This document shows, in pieces, positions 37,126 through 46,687 of a stretch of DNA of 64,000 nucleotides; the first letter of the stretch is position 1; every line of letters begins with the position of its first letter. The position numbers and the translations under genes are program-made. Location of the stretch: contig JAFCGM010000005.1 in NCBI GenBank assembly GCA_017608025.1, forward strand, positions 984 to 64,983, given 5' to 3'. Origin of the DNA: Candidatus Pacearchaeota archaeon. GTDB lineage: Archaea > Nanobdellota > Nanobdellia > UBA10117 > JABICX01. A model generated the notes under the pieces. The model ran no database searches. It was not told the DNA's origin and was given only the letters and a program-made list of their open reading frames with translations.

Positions 37126-38124
37126 ATGACTCTTAAAGAAATTGCTTCGCAGATTCGGGAGATTTCAGCTAAGAGAAAAGCATTTGCAGAAAAACTTAGG
37201 TCTGAGATTAAATTTTCATCTATTGGAGATGTTGATTTGAAAGGGCTTCGGATTGCTGGAGTAGATGGCGGATTTTTAGCTAAGCAGAAACACGGAGTTT
37301 CTTTTGTGATTCGGCGGGCTGTTGGAGTTTGTTTTGAATATGGTGAGAAGCTTCAGACATCATATTTACCTTCAAAAAATCCTTCACCTGAAGTGATTCC
37401 TGTTTCATATATTCTTGAGGAACATGAGTTTAATACTTATGCATCGCTTTTGAGAGTTGAAAGGGAGATTCAGGTTGCAATTGAATCTGCTAAGAGATTT
37501 AAGCCAAATGTTTTGATTCTTGATGGTTCTGTTGTTTTGTATCCTGCTAATCGACCGAAAAGTTCATCTCTGGCTTTTAAGAAATATGAGGAAGTTATTC
37601 AGCTTTTCAATGAGTTATATTTGTTTTGTTTAGAAAATTCAATTGCTTTGGTTGGTGCTGTTGAGGATTCGCGGAGCATGAAACTGTGCAAAAAAGCAAT
37701 ATCTGATGATAAACTTCTTCTCAAATTTTCAGATACAATTGTTTTGTCGCACATAATGGAGAAAGGAACTCGGACAGATATTATGGAATATTCAGAATCT
37801 GCTGAGTTGCCGATTCTTCAGGATATTGGAGAGTTTTCGAAAAAGCTTTTTTCATTTTATCTTCGGGCTTCAGATTATGATTTGCCTTTGCGAATTGATT
37901 TTTTGTCAAATAATCCGCGAGAAGATGTTGAACAAATTTCCAAAATTATGCTTGCGATTTCAAACAATTTTAAAGAATACACATATCCAAGTGTTTTAAT
38001 TGAAGCTGATGCCAGAGCAAAATTAAGTGAGAAGGATTTGATGTTTATTGATAAGGCGATTTCTTCAGAAGTTGGATTTTCTCCTGATTTGATGTCTTTT
38101 AGGAGAGAGAAGCGTGTAGTGTAA
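37126..38124 (+). CDS. nurA: NurA 5'-3' nuclease
   Basis: AGVDGG, ILDGS, YPSVLIEADARAK; upstream of herA. Confidence 0.88.
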   Translation: MTLKEIASQIREISAKRKAFAEKLRSEIKFSSIGDVDLKGLRIAGVDGGFLAKQKHGVSFVIRRAVGVCFEYGEKLQTSYLPSKNPSPEVIPVSYILEEHEFNTYASLLRVEREIQVAIESAKRFKPNVLILDGSVVLYPANRPKSSSLAFKKYEEVIQLFNELYLFCLENSIALVGAVEDSRSMKLCKKAISDDKLLLKFSDTIVLSHIMEKGTRTDIMEYSESAELPILQDIGEFSKKLFSFYLRASDYDLPLRIDFLSNNPREDVEQISKIMLAISNNFKEYTYPSVLIEADARAKLSEKDLMFIDKAISSEVGFSPDLMSFRREKRVV

Positions 38125-38239
38125 TTTGCTTTATAAATGTTTTAAGGTCCTTCTTGTGAAGAGCCTGCCAGAGTGTTTAAGCAAGCTAAATACACTGAAC
38201 TAAACAAAGATTTTTTAAGGAAGTAATTTAGTGATAACT

Positions 38240-39733
38240 ATGGATATTTTAGGGACAGTTATTGCAGGACAGGGTACTCCGTCTATATCTGAATTCTCTT
38301 TTGTAATAAGAAAGCCAGTCAAGCACGGAGAGTTTGTTTCTGTTAAAACAGAAGACGGCCTTCTTATTGGTAACATTGAAAATATTTACAAGACAAACAA
38401 GTATTTTGAGTCAGCAGGAGCAGCCTCTGATTTAACATCCTCAAAAAACGCAGACGCATCTTTTCCAATTGGCGAATGGGAATACACTATAGCTGAAGTG
38501 AAAACTCTAAGCGTGAAATCATCCTCAGGGCTCTTGAAAAGGCCAAGCTTTCCTCCAGCACCTGGCTCAGATGTTTTGCCTTTAACTCCAGAATTCCTGA
38601 ATTTATTTTTAGGGCTTGACCAGGAAAAAGGAATAAATATCGGTCAAGTGCAGCAGCATTCTCTTCCAGCAAAGTTTAATATTACAAAAATGTTGCAAAA
38701 GCATCTTGCAATAATAGCAATGTCTGGTTCTGGAAAATCCTATGCAACAGCAGTTTTGATTGAGGAGCTGCTCTCCAGAACAAGCGAAAACGGCCAGGTT
38801 GCACTTTTGATAATTGACAATCATGGAGAATATGTTAATATGAAGGAGTATCCAGAATTTCAAAACAAAATTTCAATTATTGATTCAGAAAACATAAAGT
38901 TTGACATTTCTTATTTCGGAGAATACGGCTTAAAAGCTCTGCTTCCTGGAATGAGCCGACCCCAGGTAAGGGAACTCGGAAGAATAATCCGCGAACTTAA
39001 ATCCCAAAACAACAGGTATTCTCTTTCCAGTCTTATTGAAAGAGTTAAGGAAGACGAAGTAATGAAGCCTAGTGTAAGAAATGCTCTCTGCTCCTGGCTT
39101 GACCAGTTAGACCACATGAAAATTTTCTCCTCAGCAGAATACCCGAATCTGGATAACATGCTGGAGCTTGGAAAGGCAGTTATAATTGATTTGTCAAAAA
39201 CCCTTGATATAACCAGGAAGCAGATTATTGTTGATTACATTTCAAAAAAAATGTTTAATTTAAGAAGGAGAAACAAATGCCCTCCTTATTTTGAGATTAT
39301 AGAAGAGGCGCACAATTTCTGCCCAGAAGGAGTTAAAGTTGAAAATGCTCTTTCAAAAAATATAATTGAAACAATTGCAAGAGAGGGAAGAAAGTTTTTT
39401 GCAGGAATTTGCCTGATTTCCCAAAGGCCAGCAAGGCTTTCAACAACTGCTTTGTCGCAGTGCAACACGCAGATAATCTTAAGAATTAATAATCCAAATG
39501 ACTTGGACCACATAAGCAGGAGCTTTGAATCAGTTTCATCTCAGACAACAAAAATGATATCTGCTCTTCGCGTTGGAGAGGCTTTAATTCTTGGAGAAGC
39601 AGTTAATTATCCTGTTTTTGTGAATATTAGGGAAAGAAAATCAAAAGAGAAAGAGGAACGTGATTTAGAGCAGTATTCCAGGGAATATTTGGAAAGTGCA
39701 AAAACATTGGCTTCAGCAGATGATTTTATCTAA
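38240..39733 (+). CDS. herA: HerA helicase/ATPase
   Basis: HAS barrel, MSGSGKS, IDNHGEY, EEAHNF, IAREGRKF, SQRP. Confidence 0.93.
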   Translation: MDILGTVIAGQGTPSISEFSFVIRKPVKHGEFVSVKTEDGLLIGNIENIYKTNKYFESAGAASDLTSSKNADASFPIGEWEYTIAEVKTLSVKSSSGLLKRPSFPPAPGSDVLPLTPEFLNLFLGLDQEKGINIGQVQQHSLPAKFNITKMLQKHLAIIAMSGSGKSYATAVLIEELLSRTSENGQVALLIIDNHGEYVNMKEYPEFQNKISIIDSENIKFDISYFGEYGLKALLPGMSRPQVRELGRIIRELKSQNNRYSLSSLIERVKEDEVMKPSVRNALCSWLDQLDHMKIFSSAEYPNLDNMLELGKAVIIDLSKTLDITRKQIIVDYISKKMFNLRRRNKCPPYFEIIEEAHNFCPEGVKVENALSKNIIETIAREGRKFFAGICLISQRPARLSTTALSQCNTQIILRINNPNDLDHISRSFESVSSQTTKMISALRVGEALILGEAVNYPVFVNIRERKSKEKEERDLEQYSREYLESAKTLASADDFI

Positions 39734-39792
39734 TAGCAAACTTTATAAAACTAATTTCTTATTATTTTTTACACCAAATTAGGAGAACAAAA

Positions 39793-40044
39793 ATGGCAAA
39801 AGACGAAGTACAATTCGAAACAATAAGTTCAAAAGAAATTAAATTTGGACGAAACAGCTTTATTGAAGTCGCAAGAAAAAAAGCAAAAACAGAAGAAGGA
39901 GAAAACGAGTTTATCTCCATTTCTAAAGGATTCTTTATGCCTGACGGAGCAAAAAGATTCAGCAGAGGAAAAAATGTTTCCTTGCCTTTTGACAAAGAGG
40001 TTGTTACAGAGCTAGCAGACAAGATAAAAGAAGTGCTTAAGTAA
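39793..40044 (+). CDS. Small PC4/PUR-like nucleic-acid-binding protein
   Basis: FIEVARK...FISISKGF...VSLP beta-strand pattern; SD AGGAG. Confidence 0.55.
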   Translation: MAKDEVQFETISSKEIKFGRNSFIEVARKKAKTEEGENEFISISKGFFMPDGAKRFSRGKNVSLPFDKEVVTELADKIKEVLK

Positions 40045-40142
40045 TAAAAATAACCTTTTTTGTATTTTTATTACTATATTTATTTTATTTTTAATAGAAA
40101 AATTTATTAATCAAAAGTAACAACAAAAACCTTGTGATTTAA

Positions 40143-40535
40143 ATGAAAATTGAAGAGTATACAGTAAGTGATTTGATTTCAATATGCAGTAACCTTAATA
40201 AAGAATACAAAGAAAGTGGAGCAAAGCCAACAATAGAAGAAAAATATGAAATTGGAAAATATATAAATTCTATTCACAATCAAATAAACTTTTGTTTGGA
40301 AAAAAATCCAGAACTTTCAAGCAAACTTGTTCACGATGTTTTAGGAATTCATAAGGAAGATATTGTTGAGTCTTCTTCAAATTCAATAAAGACAAGACAG
40401 GGATTGGATTTTTTCATAGTGCGGGATAATTTGTATGTAATAGATTTGAAAACAAAGAAAGCTTATGTTATTTCTGAAAAACCAGACCTTTTGAATTTTT
40501 ATGAAGACTGCATGGGTTCAAGATTTTCTGATTAA
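40143..40535 (+). CDS. Hypothetical protein
   Basis: 130-aa ORF. Confidence 0.55.
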   Translation: MKIEEYTVSDLISICSNLNKEYKESGAKPTIEEKYEIGKYINSIHNQINFCLEKNPELSSKLVHDVLGIHKEDIVESSSNSIKTRQGLDFFIVRDNLYVIDLKTKKAYVISEKPDLLNFYEDCMGSRFSD

Positions 40536-40550
40536 TTTTTATTTTTTATG

Positions 40551-40661
40551 GCCTTATTATATTGTTCCCAGCAGAAATCCCTTTAAAAAGTGATTTCATT
40601 CCCAAAGAAAGCTTCAGAAAATCACTATTAAAAACTACAGCCTTATTATATTGTTCCCAGC
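40551..40661 (-). repeat. rad50 tail duplication with hairpin module
   Basis: 22-bp GCCTTATTATATTGTTCCCAGC at 40551 and 40640; on the minus strand the copy is preceded by GAAATCACTTTTTAAAGGGATTTC. Confidence 0.9.
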
Positions 40662-42911
40662 TTCAGCTAGCCTTTCGTCATGAGTTACAACAAAAACCTG
40701 CTCAATTATGTCTGAAAGCCGCGTTTTTATTATTTCAACAAGAGTTTCAACAGCTTTGTCATCAAGATTGTGAGTTGGCTCGTCAAGAATAAGGAGCCCC
40801 AGATTTGGCGCCAAAACTCTTGAAAAAGCAATTCTTACTGCAAGAGCTGCAAGCATTTTCTCTCCTCCAGATGCATAGCCAGAAACTTTTAGCCAGTCAC
40901 CATCCAGATTTTTCATTTGCAGTATGTAGTCATTCTCGTCAACAAAAAGTCTTACACTCTGCCATTTTTCATAAGGATAAAGCTGACTCCATATTGAATC
41001 CATCATTTCATTTACAGTAAGAATAAGCTCATCTCTTAGTGACTTCTGAGTCTCGCTTAATGCCACCCTAAATTCTTCCAGAAACTTTGTTTGCCTTTCA
41101 AGAGCCTTTATTTCACCAAGATATTTTTCATTTTGCGAAAGCTCCCGTTCAAGGTTTGAAATTCTTTTTTCCTTTTCAGAAATAAGATTTTCAAAACCCT
41201 CAAGCCGCGTTTTTGCTTCCTGGATTTCATTTGCTGTTTTTTCTTTTTCCCGTTCAGCAGCAGCAAGGTTTGAGAGAATGTCGTTCTTTTCCCTTAAAAT
41301 TTCCTCAAGCTCCTGAAGATTTTTATTTACTTCAATTTCCCGGTCTTTTAATTCAAAAAGCCGGATTTTTTCAATAAGGTATTCTCTTTTTCCATTAAGA
41401 GTCTCAATCTCCTGCTTCAAATCCTGTCTTTTTTTAGCAGTACTTTCAAATTCTGACTTTAAGGAGTTTTTCTTTGAAATTATTTCTTCTATTTTTAAGT
41501 GAATTTTCATTAATTCGTCTTTATAGAATTCTTCTTTTGAAATGTCTTCAAGTCCTTCGCGATTCTCTTTGAAGATTTTTTCAAGCATTTCCTCTCTTTT
41601 CTCAAGCTGTGAAAGTTCGTCTTTTATCTGCGATTGTTGCTGAAGATTTTCAGAAATTGCTCTTTTCTTCTCCGAAATCAGCTCGTTTTTTGTCATTTCT
41701 GAAAGCTCTCGACTGCATGTAGGGCACAAGCTGTCTGCTTTTTCAAGCTCAACCAAATGGTTTTTTTCCTCAGAAATTTTGACTGAAAGAGAATTGAATT
41801 GCTTTTCAATTTCCTTTCTTCTTGCTTTTGTCTCCTCAAGCTCTGCATTCAAGTCTTTGATATTATATTCAAGAATTTTTTCTTTTAATTCTTTGATATT
41901 ATCCATTTTTTCAGCGAGGTCTTTTTTCTTGCTTTCTAATTCAATCTGCTCCCGTTCAATTTCCAGAAGCTGTTGGTTTTTGGATTCTTTTTCAATTTCA
42001 AGACTTTCTATGAGTTTGTTTTTTTCAGGAATGCTTTCCTTGACTTTGTTTAGTTCTTTAAGAAATTCTTCTTTACTTTTGTCAAAAGAAGCTCCTGCAA
42101 GCTTTTCAGAAATTCTTCCAAGCTCCTCTTCCAAAAGTTCCTTTCTTTCAGATTTTTTCTGAACAAAATCTGCTTTTTCGCGAAGCCTTGAATGGCTTTT
42201 TAATATCATTTTTTCCCTTTCTTTTAGTTTTTCAAGGCCAGACTTCAAAGACACCTCTTGCGATTTTATTGCTTCTTTTTCTTTTATAAGTTCATCATGC
42301 TCTTTTTTTATTTCTTCAATATTTAGCTCAGAAACAATTTTCTCAAACTCTGCTTTTCTCTTCAAAAGCTGGTTTCTCAGCTTTATGCAGTTATTTCTAG
42401 CTTTGTCAAACTTGTCAAGCCCCATTAATTCATCTGTTTTTTCTTTTCTTTCTTTTGGCGAATATTTCACAATTGCGTCAATATTATTTTGAACGCAATA
42501 AGCTGTTCTAAAAAAAATCTCGTCATTTGCTTTGAGAAAGTTCTCAACAAACAAATTCGCACTGGTTGGATTGGGTCCAGCTATAAGTTTGCCTTCACTG
42601 GTTCTTGCAACTGCTTCATTTGTGCCTTTTTCATTTATCTTTCTTTGGATTATGTATTTTTCTTTTCCAGAGGAAATTTTAATTTTTGCTTCAGCAAAGC
42701 TCGCACCTGAATTTCGTGTTATGATTTCCTGTTGAGTTACATCTCTTTTTTTCAGCTCCATAAATGTTCCGAAAAGGGAAAAGCTGATTGCCTGAAGAAT
42801 TGAGCTTTTTCCAGAGCCCATGTTTCCCACAAGGACATTGATTCCAGGCGAAAAAGTGAAATCCTTTTCACTATGAATTTTCCAGTTCTTCAGATAAAGA
42901 GAGTTAATCAT
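40635..42911 (-). CDS. rad50: Rad50 SMC-family ATPase
   Basis: GNMGSGKS, coiled coils, CPTC hook, SGGEK, LDEPT, VTH. Confidence 0.95.
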   Translation of the reverse strand: MINSLYLKNWKIHSEKDFTFSPGINVLVGNMGSGKSSILQAISFSLFGTFMELKKRDVTQQEIITRNSGASFAEAKIKISSGKEKYIIQRKINEKGTNEAVARTSEGKLIAGPNPTSANLFVENFLKANDEIFFRTAYCVQNNIDAIVKYSPKERKEKTDELMGLDKFDKARNNCIKLRNQLLKRKAEFEKIVSELNIEEIKKEHDELIKEKEAIKSQEVSLKSGLEKLKEREKMILKSHSRLREKADFVQKKSERKELLEEELGRISEKLAGASFDKSKEEFLKELNKVKESIPEKNKLIESLEIEKESKNQQLLEIEREQIELESKKKDLAEKMDNIKELKEKILEYNIKDLNAELEETKARRKEIEKQFNSLSVKISEEKNHLVELEKADSLCPTCSRELSEMTKNELISEKKRAISENLQQQSQIKDELSQLEKREEMLEKIFKENREGLEDISKEEFYKDELMKIHLKIEEIISKKNSLKSEFESTAKKRQDLKQEIETLNGKREYLIEKIRLFELKDREIEVNKNLQELEEILREKNDILSNLAAAEREKEKTANEIQEAKTRLEGFENLISEKEKRISNLERELSQNEKYLGEIKALERQTKFLEEFRVALSETQKSLRDELILTVNEMMDSIWSQLYPYEKWQSVRLFVDENDYILQMKNLDGDWLKVSGYASGGEKMLAALAVRIAFSRVLAPNLGLLILDEPTHNLDDKAVETLVEIIKTRLSDIIEQVFVVTHDERLAEAGNNIIRL

Positions 42912-44151
42912 TTAACATCATCTCCTCTGCCTTCTCAAGATTTCCTTCTGAAAGGCTTAAAAACAGATTCTTTATTTTTTCAGATTTTTCCATTGAATCT
43001 GCCTTCAACTTGTTCAGAAGAATTTCTGTTCCAATTTCTTCAACAGAAACTTTTTTTGATTTAAGGTCAAGAATCATTTTTGTTTTTTCAGAAAGCTTTG
43101 AAGAGTAAATTCCTGACTTGTCAAAATAGAGAATTGCTTTTCCAGAAAAGAGCTTGATTAGAGAGCTGAAGTCAAAGTCTGTTGGCAGAATTCCCTTTTC
43201 AACATCGCCCTTTAATTTTACTCTTATAAGAGGAGAGCTCTGCTTTGCAGTGGTTTTTATTATTTTAGTTATTTTTTCCTTAAGCTCTTCAGAAACAGCA
43301 GAAGGATCTTTTCCACTTACATCATTTTCAATAAGATGAAAGTCTCTTTCCTGCCGGATTTCCTTGAATTTTGCATTTATCTTTCCTTCTTTAATTTCAA
43401 GAATATAAATTCCCTTTTTCCTTTCAGCTTCGATTTTTCTCATTTGAGTTAGCATCGTGCTTCCTGGAATTATTATTGGGGCATTTGTCAAAGGATGCTT
43501 GTCTTCAATTCTCCAGTGAATGTGCCCGAGAAGATAAAGACTAAATCCTTTTGGCAGGTCAGACAAACTTGCAATTCGGGGATCTTTCATTGGCAGCAGC
43601 TCCTTAAAGCTTTGGTGCGCCATGAAAATGTTCACCATTCCGGGAAAAGGGGAAACATTCCATTTTTCCAAAATGTTTTTTACATATATGTCTGGAACTC
43701 CGCTTAACCCATGTAAGCCCACTTTTCCATTGTCAGATTCAACAATTAAGGAGTCTGTGTGAAGATGCATGAAAAGCCCGGCTTTTTCAAGAAGATGAAT
43801 TGGATTTATATTTCCCTTGTTTCTTGTTTCATGCGTTCCGTAAATCCCCAAAATTGCAGGAACATTTTGGTTTAGGAACTCCTCTTTTTCCTTTAAATCT
43901 TTTTTCCGCACAATTTTAATGTTTCCAACTTTAAGAGCTACTTTTGAAAAAAGGTCAATTGCCTGAGCCATTATTTCTGGGCGAGGAACTTTGTCATGAA
44001 AAACATCTCCCAAAACCAGAACCAAGTCAGGATTTTCTGCAAGAGCAGAGTCAAAAGCAGATTCAGCATTAATAAACGAATCCCTCTCCCTTTTACCACC
44101 ATAATCAAATCCAAGATGAAAGTCAGTAACAACAGCAATTCTCATATTCAA
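42904..44151 (-). CDS. mre11: Mre11 nuclease
   Basis: DFHLG, GDVFH, GTHE, AHQ, GHIH. Confidence 0.93.
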   Translation of the reverse strand: MNMRIAVVTDFHLGFDYGGKRERDSFINAESAFDSALAENPDLVLVLGDVFHDKVPRPEIMAQAIDLFSKVALKVGNIKIVRKKDLKEKEEFLNQNVPAILGIYGTHETRNKGNINPIHLLEKAGLFMHLHTDSLIVESDNGKVGLHGLSGVPDIYVKNILEKWNVSPFPGMVNIFMAHQSFKELLPMKDPRIASLSDLPKGFSLYLLGHIHWRIEDKHPLTNAPIIIPGSTMLTQMRKIEAERKKGIYILEIKEGKINAKFKEIRQERDFHLIENDVSGKDPSAVSEELKEKITKIIKTTAKQSSPLIRVKLKGDVEKGILPTDFDFSSLIKLFSGKAILYFDKSGIYSSKLSEKTKMILDLKSKKVSVEEIGTEILLNKLKADSMEKSEKIKNLFLSLSEGNLEKAEEMMLND

Positions 44152-44249
44152 TCTCTTAATTTTTTGATTTTAAATGATTTATTGAGTAGAGAAAACAAGT
44201 TAATGCTAAAAGCAATTGTTTTATATACTTATTGCTAGGTATATGTATT

Positions 44250-45665
44250 ATGAAAAACAAAAAATCATCCAATTTTTCAGAATGGTACACTGAGGCAATT
44301 CTAAGTGCAGAATTAATGGAGTACTCAGATGTTTCTGGTTGTATGATTTTTCGCGCAGAGTCAATTGCAATGTGGGAGAAAATCCGCGATGAGCTTGACA
44401 AAAGAATAAGAAAACTTGGTGTGAAAAATGTTTATTTTCCTTTATTGATTCCAGAAAAATTCCTCAAAAAAGAGGCAGAATTCATGGAGGGATTTTCACC
44501 AGAAGTTGCGTGGGTTACTCATGCAGGAAACTCAAGGCTTTCTGAGAAGCTCGCAATTCGGCCAACATCAGAAGCAATAATGTATCCGTATCTTGCAAAA
44601 TGGATTCGGTCCTGGAAAGACCTTCCATTTAAAATGAACCAATGGAGTAACATTGTTCGGTGGGAATTCAACAACCCAGTCCCATTTTTAAGAACACGAG
44701 AGTTCCTTTTTAATGAAGGCCATACAGCTTTTGCAACAAAAAAAGAGGCAGATGAAGAAGTGCCTAAAATAATGAAAATTTATAATTACATTCTTAAAGA
44801 CATGATGGCACTTCCTTCTTATGCTGGCAGAAAGACAGATAAGGAAAAATTTGCAGGAGGCCTTGCTTCTTTTTCATTTGAGCATATTCTGCCTTCTAAA
44901 AAAGCAATACAAGGACCTGCAGTGCATCAGGACGGACAAAATTTCTCAAAAGCATACAACATAAGCTTCCTTGACCAGAACAAGAAAAAACAGTATGTGT
45001 GGCAAAACACTTGGGCAATATCAACGAGAAATCTTGGAGTAATGCTTGCAGTGCACGGAGATGACCGTGGCCTTGTAATTCCTCCAAAAATGGCTTCAAA
45101 AAAGGCAGTGATAATCCCTATTTATAATAAAAACACAAAAAAAGAAGTCCTAAAAAATGCCAACAAAATCAAAAAACTTATTCCAGATTCCTTTGTTGAT
45201 AACCGCAAGGATTATTCTCCTGGCTACAAATTCCATGAATGGGAGCTAAAGGGAATTCCGCTTAGAATTGAAATCGGTCCAAGAGATATAAAAAACAATC
45301 AAGTTGTTTTGGTAAGGCGCGACACACTAAAGAAAACACAAGTTAAAATCCCTGCTCTTAAGAAAACCTGCAAACAAGAGCTTGAAAATATGCACAAGAA
45401 CCTTTACACCAATGCCTTGAAATTCATGAAGGAAAACACGCGGGAAGCAAAAACATATTCTGAGCTCAAGCAAATTCTGAAAAAGCACGGCGGATTTGTC
45501 AAAGCAAGCTGGTGCGGCTCACAGAAATGTGAGGAGAAAATCAAGGACGAAACCGGAGCAAAAATAACAAATCTTCCTTTTGAATTCCAGAAAAACATAA
45601 AAGGTAATTGTATTTTCTGCAATGAAAAAGCCAAGCACATAGCAAATTTTGCTAAAAGCTACTAG
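44250..45665 (+). CDS. proS: Proline--tRNA ligase (archaeal/eukaryotic type)
   Basis: IRPTSE, VRWE, FLRTREF, HGDDRGL, C-terminal FAKSY. Confidence 0.96.
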   Translation: MKNKKSSNFSEWYTEAILSAELMEYSDVSGCMIFRAESIAMWEKIRDELDKRIRKLGVKNVYFPLLIPEKFLKKEAEFMEGFSPEVAWVTHAGNSRLSEKLAIRPTSEAIMYPYLAKWIRSWKDLPFKMNQWSNIVRWEFNNPVPFLRTREFLFNEGHTAFATKKEADEEVPKIMKIYNYILKDMMALPSYAGRKTDKEKFAGGLASFSFEHILPSKKAIQGPAVHQDGQNFSKAYNISFLDQNKKKQYVWQNTWAISTRNLGVMLAVHGDDRGLVIPPKMASKKAVIIPIYNKNTKKEVLKNANKIKKLIPDSFVDNRKDYSPGYKFHEWELKGIPLRIEIGPRDIKNNQVVLVRRDTLKKTQVKIPALKKTCKQELENMHKNLYTNALKFMKENTREAKTYSELKQILKKHGGFVKASWCGSQKCEEKIKDETGAKITNLPFEFQKNIKGNCIFCNEKAKHIANFAKSY

Positions 45666-45766
45666 CAAAGAAAACTAATTCTATACTACTAATAATAAAT
45701 AACAGATTTTGGAAATCCTTAAATACTATTTAATTTTCCACTAAAATACCAATGGAGGTTTCAAAA

Positions 45767-45865
45767 ATGAACCCTAAACTATGGTTAATGTCTGAAGACG
45801 AAGACGAAGATTGGGAAGACGAAGAAGACGAAGACGAAGACGACTTTGAAGAAGACGAGGAATAA
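45767..45865 (+). CDS. Highly acidic 32-aa microprotein
   Basis: MNPKLWLMSEDEDEDWEDEEDEDEDDFEEDEE*; SD GGAGGT upstream; own intergenic slot. Confidence 0.6.
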   Translation: MNPKLWLMSEDEDEDWEDEEDEDEDDFEEDEE

Positions 45866-46023
45866 ATAACCAACTTAGGTTCACACTTCTTGAAAAACCT
45901 TTTTTATATTTTTTATTCATTCTCTTCTTCTTGATATTTTGCTGTCAAATAAAAGCATAAAATTTTTAAATACACGAATTTACTTTTAAATATACTTCTA
46001 TAGCAATAAGGAGTGAAATTATA

Positions 46024-46662
46024 ATGGAAAAAGAAATGAAAAAAGGAACTACAACAGTTGGAGTTGTATGCACTGATGGAGTTGTAATTGCAGCAGACCA
46101 ACTTTCATCTCTTGGCGACTTTAAGTTTAACAAAGATGCAAAGAAAGTTCATGAAATAACTCCTAAAATAGTTATGACAACAGCAGGCTCTGTTGGAGAT
46201 AATCAAGCATTGCTAAGGTTTCTCCGTGCGCAGATGAAAATTTACGACCTTGAAGAAAAAGAGCCGACAGTAAAGGCTGTAGCAACTCTTATTTCAAACA
46301 TACTTTCTGAAAAATACCTTTACACATATTTGCCTTATCAGATTTTTGATTTGCTAGGTGGTTATGACTCTGAGCCAAGTCTTTACAGCATTGACATGGT
46401 TGGAGGCGTATCTCCTGAAAAAGAATTCTCAGCAACAGGTTCAGGAATGACTGTGGCTTATGGAATTCTTGATGCTGAATACAAAAAGGAAATGACTGTT
46501 GAAGAAGGACTTAATCTTGCAGTTAAGGCAATTGTGGCAGCAAGAAAAAGAATCTCAAGCGTGGGAGGAGAAAACATAACAGTCTACACTGTAACAAAAG
46601 ACGGCGCAAAGGAAATCCCTTCTACAAGAATTAAATCAATTGCAGATAAACTAAACAAGTAG
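46024..46662 (+). CDS. psmB: Proteasome beta subunit
   Basis: KKG|TTTVG propeptide junction, TAGSVGD, TGSG. Confidence 0.95.
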   Translation: MEKEMKKGTTTVGVVCTDGVVIAADQLSSLGDFKFNKDAKKVHEITPKIVMTTAGSVGDNQALLRFLRAQMKIYDLEEKEPTVKAVATLISNILSEKYLYTYLPYQIFDLLGGYDSEPSLYSIDMVGGVSPEKEFSATGSGMTVAYGILDAEYKKEMTVEEGLNLAVKAIVAARKRISSVGGENITVYTVTKDGAKEIPSTRIKSIADKLNK

Positions 46663-46687
46663 CAAAAACAAAGGATATACTTTTACA

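Noticed and set aside
45767-45865. Pup- or SAMP-like modifier next to the proteasome gene
   Set aside because: No C-terminal GG/GGE motif and too short for a ubiquitin fold.
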